Below, piece after piece: positions 1-10,608 of a DNA stretch of 64,000 nucleotides (its first letter is position 1; the number at the start of each line of letters is the position of its first letter). The DNA is from Albugo candida (Eukaryota). The stretch is taken from positions 434,001 through 498,000 of the forward strand of contig JBDOQK010000012.1 of NCBI GenBank assembly GCA_040437565.1. The letters are read 5' to 3'. The notes below the pieces were generated by a model that was given only the letters and a program-made list of their open reading frames with translations, searched no databases and was not told the DNA's origin. The translations under genes were made by a program, and so were the position numbers.

Positions 1-1
1 T

Positions 2-889
2 CAAAAACTGAGAGAATCAGAAGCTTTATCACAAGCTTCCGATTTTGAAAATCAATTGTTGGCGCAAAAACAGATTTTGAAGCAAACAGAGCAGAAAATG
101 CACAAAATGGAACAGGAGATGGATAATAGTCATCGTGTCAACCAGCAGGAGAAGGATGAAGAGGTCCAGAACGTCGTTACCGAATGGAAGATGAAGTTGG
201 GGCAAGTTGAGATGGAATCGAGTCGCTTGGAGGATGAAAACCAGGCTCTGAAAACGCAGATTGAACATCTTCGTGTGGAGATGGGTCGAGGCGACGAATC
301 CAACAGTGCTGTTGTAACTGAAGCTTCTCTATTTGGTGAAGATTCAGGCGCCGATTTTGAGAATTCCCAGAGGCTTTTTGACCGAATTGAGCTGTTACAG
401 CAACGTGTACATGAATTGGAACAAGAGAAATTCGCTCGTGTGCAACAAGAACTCGAAGGAACGGGCATTTCTGATTTTCATCGCGGGAACAATATCGGTC
501 ACGATGAAAAAGCGACTGAATTGGAGAAAGAGCTTGCCGATCAACGAGCTCTAGTGAGGTCGCTAACAGATCAATTGGCTCAAGCGAGCTTACCGAATTC
601 GAATGAGGATACACGACGCTTTGTTTTATTGTACAAAGACGTTGTCAATGACATGTTTTTCCGGATCCAAGATGCAATCGAAACTAGTCGAACAGATAGT
701 GAGATGGACGATGATACGAGCCAGCAGATATCTGCTCGGATACGCAAAGTGATGAAGCAAAGCACTCGAGAATTGATGCAGCGACTCGAATCTAAAGTTG
801 TTCCCGAGCCTTCTGATACGAAAGTATCGGATGGTTCATTGAACGTCAGACACGGAGCCGAGAACTTGGACATCAATGATGGAAGCTAG
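2..889 (+). CDS. 3' part of a coiled-coil protein (5'-truncated by the window edge); weak resemblance to the FKBP15 C-terminal region
   Basis: Frame is open from position 2 to TAG at 887-889. It is E/Q/K/L-rich with heptad character and ends in a helical block (YKDVVNDMFFRIQD...IRKVMKQSTRELMQ). The family call is recalled similarity only. Confidence 0.7.
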   Translation, partial: QKLRESEALSQASDFENQLLAQKQILKQTEQKMHKMEQEMDNSHRVNQQEKDEEVQNVVTEWKMKLGQVEMESSRLEDENQALKTQIEHLRVEMGRGDESNSAVVTEASLFGEDSGADFENSQRLFDRIELLQQRVHELEQEKFARVQQELEGTGISDFHRGNNIGHDEKATELEKELADQRALVRSLTDQLAQASLPNSNEDTRRFVLLYKDVVNDMFFRIQDAIETSRTDSEMDDDTSQQISARIRKVMKQSTRELMQRLESKVVPEPSDTKVSDGSLNVRHGAENLDINDGS

Positions 890-1001
890 AAGCCTTCAAA
901 GCGTTTGGAATGCGTTATATAACCGCTGAACATCGTGTTTGCTGGCTAGTGTGTGTATTACGATACAAGTACAACAAGATTGATCTCATTGAGCTCATAT
1001 C

Positions 1002-1843
1002 TCACTCTTCTTTGTACTCATCGCCCATGGTTTCCTCTATCGTTCCCTTCAATTCGAGCCTATAGAACCCAAAGTATGAGAAGCGCTTTCATCGGACTTA
1101 TTCAAGCTGACCCCACCGGATTTCTGTGACGTCGTCACCTTGAAGCACATCTTTGAGAAATCTAGCTTCTACCCGCATTTGAACCATTTCCAAAGCTCCA
1201 CGTAAAACACCACAGAGAATATTAGAGTACCAAAGCTCTCCATAAGCGCTGGGAGGCAATTCCACAAATTCTAAGTACACTTTTAGATCCCGCCAATGCT
1301 CACATTTGATGAAAACCTGTCAATGGATTGTCGTGAATCAATAAACTGCACACACTGTTCTCACTGTTCCAATTGGACACTTCGGTCGTTATGCCCAAAA
1401 ACATTTTAAATGCAACTTTTGAAATGACATCTGCGGTTTCTTTAAAATCGGTGCATGAAGTAACGCCGGATTTTGCGAGGAATTCATCGATGAGGCGAAT
1501 GCCGATGTTATATCCCCTGTAGAAGGCATTAGAAGGTTTTTGACAAAAGATATGAATTGGATTTGACTTTACATTTGATCAAGCTGCTGATTGACAGCTT
1601 TGAGATCTTCGTAGTCTTTTATGAGCTGTGGAAATACGCCTAAAGTTCAATTGTGGCGAGCGTAAATCTTTCCGTTGTACCTGTGTGACCATTGCGCCAT
1701 AAGTGAGCGCGAAAAATTCACCATTCTACTTTGATGATCATGAGGAAGATATTTGGTAGGTGAGTGTAGTGGAAACGCACCACTTTGGCTGCTTTATTCC
1801 ACGCGAGCTCGCCAATTCGCTGTATTGGCTTTGCATTTGACAT
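1002..1843 (-). CDS. TRAPPC3: TRAPP complex subunit 3 (Bet3), multi-exon
   Basis: Spliced exons read MSNAKPIQRIGELAWNKAAKV / NGEFFALTYGAMVTQ / GYNIGIRLIDEFLAKSG...TADVISKVAFKMFLG / EFVELPP...LWYSNILCGVLRGALEMVQM...TEIR / LELKGTIEETMGDEYKEE*. These are classic Bet3 motifs, separated by GT-AG introns. Confidence 0.95.
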
Positions 1844-2275
1844 CGATTCCACTTACTGCATTTCGCAATAGTTTACATCTCTTTGGTTAGGATTGCATGA
1901 ATAGACTCTCATGTTTGTTTATTTACGAATGGATGCAAGTGCTCGTGCGAAGTTCTTTTCGAGGCAGCATCTCAAATAAAACGCTGAAGAGGCTCAAGTA
2001 ACTACATCGCGTTACTTGCGCAAAGCGGCAATATTGGGAGATATTGTCCTGCAGGGTTTAGATCATACGTTGCGCTCCACCAAATTGGATGATTTCTGCA
2101 AAAGTGTAGCTGACCCTTATCTTACGAGGCTGCATGTCATATAGAGTAGATCGCTTCCGCTTTGGTCATGTCCATATTCGTTGTCATGTGGCTGAGAAGA
2201 ATGAAGAGAGGAAATGATACTTGTGGTAGAAAGAAAGGAATGAGTTTTTACTTTGCTGTAGGTTCTATCGGGAAA

Positions 2276-3246
2276 TTAGTCAACAGCTTCCACCAGGGTC
2301 ACTGCGTTCTTCAATGTCGGATTTTCTTGAAGAATGGTTGAATCAATGATTACTCTTGTTGATTGCATGATTTCTTGGGCGATTCGAGCTTTCCAAATAG
2401 TGTTATTTTTCAGTGCAAACTCGTACTCATATTCTTCAAAAGCTGCAACATAGTTGCACTGGATGTAACCAAGGCTATGCGATGTAGCAATGAAAACGGT
2501 GTAAATAAACTCGAAAAGGCCTTACTTTTCAAACAGCTTCATAGAAGGCTTGTTATTCCTATGAATCTTGCAGTAAAATCGCGATGCGTTCAATCGCGTT
2601 ACGGCTGTTAATGTAAAGTACGAGTCAACAAGCCCAGCATTACAATTAGAAGCGAACCAAATGCCATCATGATTTCCACAGCTTCTCTTCCACATCCTTG
2701 CCGCCGATGTGACTCATTGGCGATCATAATTTCGATCTCACAATTCGCGCTGTCTTCATAATCGTTGAAGAAGAGATTTACATCTCCTATCATTCCTATT
2801 GAAGTGATTGAGTGAGGAAGCTTGGAGGTGTGGACATTATACGGGTAAAAGTACGATCAATCGCATCTTGGCTGGTATGTGATTCTAGATCATCTGAACT
2901 TCTATGCAGTACAATGAAGGTACATTCTACATGGATCGGTACTTGGCATGTAAACTCCATATCATGAGACGTTATACCGCACTCTTTGGATCTTCCCGCC
3001 ACGAAATTTGCATCGCATACTCCTCATCGAGTGTCAAAGGCTCCGAGGCAGTACATTCTACGTACGGATTGGGTAATAATAATCGAGCGTTGATTGGCTA
3101 AAATCACTTGTACCTCGTAAGTGTGGATCGGTCATCCATTCGTGATATTTCGGAACATGCTCTGGCTCATAAGGCACTAGCTCAACACATTTTCCAACCT
3201 GAAATAGATACAAGTATTGGAATGACGCCTTGTACTTATTCCTCAT
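2276..3246 (-). CDS. NAT9: GNAT acetyltransferase, NAT9-like, multi-exon (start codon uncertain)
   Basis: Motifs VELVPYEPEHVPKYHEWMTDP, TASEPLTLDEEYAMQISWREDPK, MIGDVNLFF...EIEIMIA...RRQGCGREA and KIHRNNKPSMKLFEK/LGY...FEEYEY; stop TAA at 2276-2278. Confidence 0.88.
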
Positions 3247-3348
3247 CACTTTACGAATCTCCAAGATGCACACTCTATCATTCTTTCGGGTAATTAAACA
3301 CCGTACGGTGTCGTAAAGTGCGACGTACTCACGAAAAAGTCCGTCTAT

Positions 3349-5842
3349 ATGCAGCAGCGTTCCGATCCCATCCAAAAGCACAAAATACGACGAGATGATG
3401 CTATTCACTCTTTCCATGAGATTGTATTGATATTAGTTAAACAGCGTTATCTAAGGCTTCAAGATGTACTCACCATCGAATGCGTCTCTTCCACTTCTCG
3501 TGCAGTAATAAAACACCATGATCTTTATCGTCTACTACTACGCACCCAAGCCAATTTTCTCCATATACAAAGTCGTACGTGCTTTTGGATGCGATCAATT
3601 CACTCTTATTCACGTGAAACCGAACCTTTTTCCTTCACAAACGTTCTGTATTCATTGGGTTGGCGTCCATCCCTCTATTTGAACGTAAATGCTTCATACT
3701 TGTCTTCCAACAATTACTTACATCTCTCGCTTTTCTGAAGATTCTCGGAATTGCTTCACCTGAGGAGACGACCACGTTACAAAGTACAGGTATTGAAGGT
3801 AAGAGGTTCACTCGTTAGTGACCGGCAACGTGCCAAATCGGTCGTACTGTGATAGGAGAAATTGCACGCGATATCGTCCGAACATTTCCGACCAAACCAT
3901 TCTTTGAATCGAAAGGTCAATCTCATCAATCAAAGTGCCGATACGCATATGATCCAATTTTCACTCCGCAGAAGGGCAAAGAAAGCTTCGAAATGTGCTG
4001 AAAGCCATTCTTTCATTTCGTCCTAAAGTTGGCTATTGCCAGGTACATTTTGATAGAGGCTTCCTTTTCCGGGTACAGAGTTTTATTTGAAAATGTGTAA
4101 GGGAATGAATTACGTCGCAGCCATATTTCTACTTTTCCAACACGTCGACCATCCGCTTTGTGACAATGCATCAGAGCTCACTCCGGAAAAAGCGCAAATA
4201 CAAATTGATGGTCAAATCATATCGGACCAAGAATACGTCTTTTGGATTTTAATCGCGCTGATCGACAAGTACGATTACTCAGAAATTTGGAAAGATAAAA
4301 TGCCGGGGTGAAGTAGTCTTTAGCGATACCTGGTGGTAATTGAGAGCTGATGGCTGCGTCCTTTTACAGATTATCGAAATGCATTTATTCTTATTGCAAG
4401 CTCATTGAAAAATATCATCCTGATTTGAAGAAGCATTTATGTGGAATCAATCTGCACCCCAGCTTGTTGGTAGTTCAGGTACAGCAATTGGCCAGTGGAA
4501 AGTATCTGACATCTTGATCATTCAATATCTCTTGCGCTGTAGTGGTTTGTCACTTTATTTTCCAAAGCACTGAGTTTAGAGTCCCTATCTCGCCTATGGG
4601 ACTTGATATTTCTGGAAGGCTGGAAGATGCTTTATCGCATAGCATTGGCAATCACAGCTAAATTGCGTCCACAATTGCTAAAATTGGTGAGAATCAGATC
4701 GGAAGCCTGTGCGAGCTTTGTTGAAACCAATTTGAATATTTAGGATATGGAAGGCTGCAGCAAATTCTTACAAACAAACGCAACGTTATTGCTGGAAGAA
4801 ACTTCATCACAAGAGCTCATCGATTTAGCGCTCTCTTTCAAAGTGACCACTTCCATGCTGGCGGAGCTAGAACAGGAACGACAATTTCGGGTTCGTGCTT
4901 TGATGTCAACACTTGCTGATACGCACGTTCTACAGTGTGTACGTCTTCCAGTATCTTCATATTTGGCAGAACCAACAGAAGCAGCGGAAAGCTTTGAGTG
5001 CACAAGATGAGTTTCTCTTCCCAACCTTTAGTCCAACCAGCTTCAACGATGATACCATAACGTCAGCAGATATGATTGTTTGTGAATTACGCCGATTGGA
5101 CCATATCACGGAGCAAGACAGTCTTATTTTTCGGTCCAAGATCGAAGCAGCGGAGAAAAGTATTGCAGCTGCGTCCTCTGCACTCTACAAAATCACGATG
5201 GATTTGATGGAAGTTCAGTTTTCCTTAGAAGAGAAAGAACAAAGCAAGGCACTATCCATCGCTCAATTTGAATCATTTTTGACCTATTCCGTTACCGACG
5301 CGTGCTCCATACGCCCGACATCAGCTCAACCAATCGATCGGTTCGGGAACGCTTTTCACAAAAGTTTCATCGGCCAATCCATTTCCTCCACTTTGAGCGT
5401 CTCACGTGTCGAAATAGCTTCGTCCTCGTTCATCTCATCCCTCACAAAGCGTATTCAGGCCACTGCATCATCATTGTGGCAATTCAATGCGATATCGCAT
5501 TCGACAGCAAGCCCTTCAGCAGACTCTGCACACATCTTAGAACAAAATCATGGTGAAAATGAGGTCGAAATGAAATTGGAATATCTGAAGATCCTTGTGC
5601 CACATTTAGCAGCTGATCTGATTGTCCTCCGTCGGAGAATACACCAAACGACATATGAAATACATAATTTGAAAGAAGTGTATCGGGTCCTCATGCAAAA
5701 GTATCAACATGCAATTGTGGAATTAGAAGAGCAGCAGTATTACAAAAAATGTTTGTCGAAACAATTATTTCAATGCATATCAGAGCACGACGTGCGACAA
5801 TATGACAAATGGAGTTCAATGATCGCTTCTAATGAGCGATAG
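3349..5842 (+). CDS. TBC-domain Rab GTPase-activating protein with C-terminal coiled-coil region, multi-exon (5' end uncertain)
   Basis: IARDIVRTFP (IxxDxxR finger), KVGYCQ/GMNYVAAIFLL (YxQ finger), WFVTLFS...RLWDLIFLEGWKMLYRIALA; the long last exon ends at 5842. Confidence 0.85.
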
Positions 5843-5983
5843 AGAGCTGTTTTAATTTAGGCGTAGTGTACAGTATCGTAATGCAAAGGTTCTGATACAT
5901 CATAACGAGCCGACTACGCAGACGCCGCAAGGGGCAGAGCCTCACAATCAATTAAACAGTAGAACATTAGATCGATGAATTGA

Positions 5984-7282
5984 GGCAGCGCATATAATCA
6001 CACCCCCTTGAATTATTCTCAAGATCATTCCGTATCAATTCCACCAATCACGTAATAATTTATAGTCGCGGAGAGTGATGTCAATAGCTTTCAACCTCAA
6101 AGGCATAACTCTCTACTCAGTAGATGTTCGCCTAGGTTTTAGGCAGGTTCGCTTATTATGCCCTTCCTGTTTGCAGTTCTTGCATTTCCGCTTTGGTTGC
6201 TGTGATGCTTCAACATCCTTAAAAAATGATGGGTCCCGGCGCGTTGAACGCTGCGACCCTGAAAGGTGACGACCGCATGTACGAACTTTATTTGGTTTGT
6301 CAACTTCGGAATTTTCCGCAGGAATCAAGCCCACCAGTGCTGTCTGTAGCTGCTTTTGTTGGTGCGGATCCATTTCTGCATGGCGACGCACAATTGATTT
6401 GATTGTGTTTTCGAATACGTGTCCCACTGGTGCAGGAGCTTGCAAGTCCAATAGAGCTTCAATAGGTCGACGTCCTTTGAGTGTGATGTTTCGCTCCTAG
6501 TCATGTGCACACTTTTAGTTTTGGTTGCTAGATGCGCTCCACCAGAAAGGACTTTGACTACCTTTTGCTTGCTGTTTTGTATATCCTTCCTGACAGCCAG
6601 ACAGCCTGAATCGTTCTGGCGGAGGGTTGCTAGAATTACGCGCGGAGATACGCCAGCTTTGATCATATTTGCGACCATCTTCTCCTGCTCGGAATTAAGC
6701 GCTATGTTTCTCGTGTAGGCCGATGCATCAGTAGCGGTATCATGTCCATGATGTTCGCCGTTTGTAACCACAAGGTTCCATTTGTAACCCAAATTTGGGT
6801 GTTCTGGATCGTTGACCCGTTGAATAACAGCCTTCCATGTACAGCCGGTTTTGATCGTCGAAGTCTTTCGTAGGCCACTTCCCGATTTCTCATAGCGTCC
6901 CCCGTGCACGCATCCCAGCCAAACCTTTCGGATTTCGCCCGTTTTGCTTTTCTTTGAGCGAGCGCGACTCACAGCGTACCCGTGAAGTTTAGCAAAGCTT
7001 TTGACATCACTCTCCGCGACTTCGAGGCAGGAATAGGACGCGTTTAATGAATTTTGCATTGTGGTGAATGCGTGATGGATGTCAGGGAACGTCGTTGAAG
7101 AATTGGAATCAATGAATATTATAATAAATATTACGATTGGCAGACTTGATACGGAATGTGTTCATCGGCTTTATATTATAATAATTACCTGATTGGTAGA
7201 ACTGGTACGAAATGATCGTATTGGCTCCTGACTTGAGGGGGTGTGAGAATAGCTACAGGGGTGTGTGATTATTTGCGCTCCC
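5984..7282 (-). mobile_element. Mutator-like (MULE) DNA transposon, internally deleted and likely non-autonomous
   Basis: Imperfect TIRs: 5984 GGCAGCGCATATAATCACACCCCC vs the reverse complement of the 7282 end, GGGAGCGCAAATAATCACACACCC. Inner 13-bp perfect inverted block CATTCCGTATCAA at 6026-6038 / 7146-7158. Flanks TGAATTGA (5976-5983) and TTAATTGA (7283-7290) form an 8-bp TSD with one mismatch. Encodes a FAR1-type domain. Confidence 0.85.
6113..7059 (-). CDS. MULE transposase derivative: FAR1/WRKY-GCM1-like DNA-binding domain + CCHC zinc knuckle, no DDE domain (2 exons, ~293 aa)
   Basis: Exon 7059-6562 (FAKLHGYAV..RSKK..VWLGCVHGG..TIKTGCTWK..GEHHGH) is joined by a phase-0 GT..AG intron at 6561-6497 to exon 6496-6113 (LKGRRPIEALLD...KRKCKNCKQEGHNKRTC). 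Confidence 0.75.
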
Positions 7283-7492
7283 TTAATTGATGACTATAAA
7301 CGTCTAACATTACAGCACAGTGATATACATTTTAAGTTAAGGACCATCAAAGTATCACTAGCAAATATCGAAGCGGAGCCCCAACACTGTTCGACTTTTG
7401 TGAGAATTTCAGAAGCTTGGAATATCTCGAGTACCTTTTTGGTGTTTTGCGTCTGCTGGACAGATCCTTTTGCAAAACTCGAAACGTGTGCA

Positions 7493-10400
7493 ATGACGAT
7501 AATAACAGCTCTTATTTACGCTATAGAATTCTTGATCGTCATATGGTACATCACATTCCCATTGTGCATGGGTCACAAGTCATTTTTTCATTATGAATTT
7601 CATAACTTCTTATCATTTAAGCAGTCATTGGCACTGAATATGGTCATATCACCCGCACGGATCTCATTCTTCACTTATATTCGTACATCGAGCCAACACG
7701 TTCCGGCAACTCGGTGCTTTGTTTTCTTCGCATTTTTGGGCGAGAGCATACTTGCGACGTTTAGCTTATTACAATGTGTGGTGTATTGGGAGAATCCCAA
7801 CAGCTTTGCGCATTATCGAAAGGATGAATGGGCAAACATGTATCTTTGCACGTTATGGGGTCTGATTGCATTTGCAAGTTTGTCCGAGTTGGGGTACATA
7901 TTGAGACTGAATAAAGGAAAAGGTCATGGATTTGAAGAAGGCTTCATGAGAGATATTCTCACGTCCGATTTGACGCATACATTAAAAAAACAAGCAATTT
8001 GGACGAAAAAGTGGACGCAATTGGTTAAACAGTTTAAACGAAAGCAAACGGAGCCCACTTTTGAAGCACTTGTTCGATTATATGCGCACCGAGAAGGTGA
8101 GTGAAACGTTATTTGTATGATGTGAGTTCTTACTCAGCAAGTCGGTAGGCGCAATGAAGCGATTGGATGTCGCGTATGCATGGGATCCGGTAGAGTTTGA
8201 GTTCTATTTGCCACAATTATGCAGCTTTTTGCTTCTCGGCGCTTTCAAACGAGGACCTCAACTCTCGGCCATTCTACTGAGCAAATGCAGCGTGTACGAG
8301 GATACATGGGATAAAATCTGGGTGGATTTCTAATTTTTTCTCGCTTTAGATCACATGTCTTTGCACACAAAATGCTTTGGTATCTCAATTCATATTGTGT
8401 TGGAAATTCGCGTCTAGCACGAGGTGGAAGCATAGAGTACCTTGATGTACTGATTGAGCAGGTGCTGGCTCGAGGCGTTGAACCGGCCCGAGCTATTGAT
8501 GAACTACGATCAGGATCACCATTACAGGAGCAGCATGATAATTCAGCTATCGATATGGTCACTTCCGCTTTTAGTACAAGAGATCCTCAGGCCGGAAACA
8601 TAATGAGGACGCAACAACAGGAAGAAGAAGCGCTTTTACCCGCGAGGGAAGATCATTACCAGACATTTGACGACTTTTTACTTTTGGAAATGGAGCGTGG
8701 AGCAAGTGCTCATATCGACCCTTTCCAACGCGAGACGACGTTCCTCGAAGCACTGATTAAAATCTCATCGAGTTTGCTGAGTGTTCCCTACCGATCTCGG
8801 AACGATAAGGTACGTAAATGTCGCGTTGTCGTAGCACGTTAGGGAGTTATTTTGAGTTGAGTAGCTACATGAGTGGCTCAGCAATATACAGTCCGAGTAT
8901 CTACCCAGCAATTCGCTGTATCTTCCAGTTGGCAATCCATATCACCGTCTGAAGCGTATCCACGTCACTGAAAGCTTTACATTTTCCACTCGGGTATGCA
9001 GATCGTCCTCTTTTTGAACGAGGATGCACGACTTATCGTATCACGTAGGAGCGTGTGCCTTTTTTATTGTGTGCAGAAGTTGTCGATTATGTATCACCAC
9101 AGCAAAAACATGTTCCGAGGAAGAAAAGTAGCATTTTCGGTGGTCGAACGTTCCCGTTGGGTCTATGGGAGAAGCCTTCTGCTCAGATTGATATTCGTCA
9201 AGGAGACAAGAGCTTGCCCGAAACAGATATATTGGGATTCTGGAGTGAGTCCTGCACAGCGACAAGCCCGCGTTTGCGGCATCTGAAGAGCTCCATCACG
9301 CAGTCATCGGAATTACTGAACGGAATATTTGGAAGTTTGGTTGGGAAAGCACCACAAAAGGAAGCTGCAAACGACACAGAGACCATGACGGATATGAGCG
9401 CAGACAATGAAGCTTGCGTGACGCACCATAAGACGTACGAGTGTGACGTTACTGATCCTCAGGCAGGAAAGACGGATCAGTTCGCCTCTACCATCAACGC
9501 GTACAAAGACGGGCAAACGGATATCACAACCGATGAACTTTGGTCACCTCGCTCTGATATCCTTTCACCTCAATCTCAAGAATCTCAGTCTCCAACATCT
9601 CGTCTTCGCGGGCGTTGTGACAGTACCGACCATCTGCTTCAACAGCTTTTGGAGAGAGATTCCAAATTAGCGGAAGAAGATGACGAAGGTACTCTCACAA
9701 CAAAACGCAGTATTCGTGCGGATCCACCACACGTGATTTTCAAGGAGCGGTGGACAGATAAAGAAGCTCGACTTCGCGTCAATTCTAATTGGGGCCATCT
9801 GCCAGGATGGCGATTACTCCCAGTTATAATCAAAAGCAACGATGACCTCCGACAGGAGCAGTTTGCAGCTCAGCTGATGAAGCAGTTTCATAGAGTGTTT
9901 GAGGAAGCAAAACTCCCGGTCTTTATGCGGCCGTATGATGTTATTGCGATATCGCCTTCTGCCGGTATAGTCGAAGCCATTGCGGACACCATTTCGATCC
10001 ATTCACTTAAGCAAAATGTTCGATTTTACACGACACTTTTGGATTTTTACGTTCATCGATTCGGGGATTCTTCTTCGTCTGAATTCCGCAAAGCAAGAAA
10101 CAATTTCGTATGCAGTATGGCTGCGTACTCCATGGTGTCATACTTGCTGCAGATCAAGGATCGGCATAATGGCAATCTCCTGCTCGATGCTGAAGGTCAC
10201 ATCATTCATATTGATTTCGGGTACATTCTATCCAATAATCCTGGAAATGTGGCGTTCGAAAGCGCGCCTTTCAAGCTTACCAACGAGTTTGTGGAATTGA
10301 TGGGTGGGCCACGCTCCGCTTCATTTCGTCGATTTCGATCGCTATGTGTCCGATCATTCTTGATCGCTCGTAAGTATCGCCATCGTTTCTTGTTGCTTGT

Positions 10401-10608
10401 GGAAATGATGCTGAGTGGAAATGAGCATTTACCCTGCTTTGCGGGCGATCCGAAAGGCACAATGGAACGTTTCGAGTCTCGATTTCAGCCTCAGTTGGAC
10501 ATCAATGCGTGTGAGGACTTTGTCCATGACCTCATCGATGCTTCGCTAAATAATTGGCGCACCAAATGGTATGATAAGTATCAGCGCTGGTGTGTAGGCG
10601 TCTTTTGA
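7493..10608 (+). CDS. PI4KB: Phosphatidylinositol 4-kinase III-beta (Pik1)-like with N-terminal hydrophobic/transmembrane region, multi-exon
   Basis: PIK helical motif EFYLPQLCSFLL; catalytic motifs IIKSNDDLRQEQFA, YLLQIKDRHNGNLL, IHIDFGYILSNNPG, FESAPFKLT; C-terminus NWRTKWYDKYQ. The first intron (8097-8148) joins the hydrophobic exon in frame. Confidence 0.9.

Noticed and set aside
7265-7492. N-terminal extension of the 279-aa ORF starting inside the transposon TIR
   Set aside because: It starts at GTG within the TIR; the first ATG is at 7493. No evidence for non-ATG initiation in this eukaryotic context.
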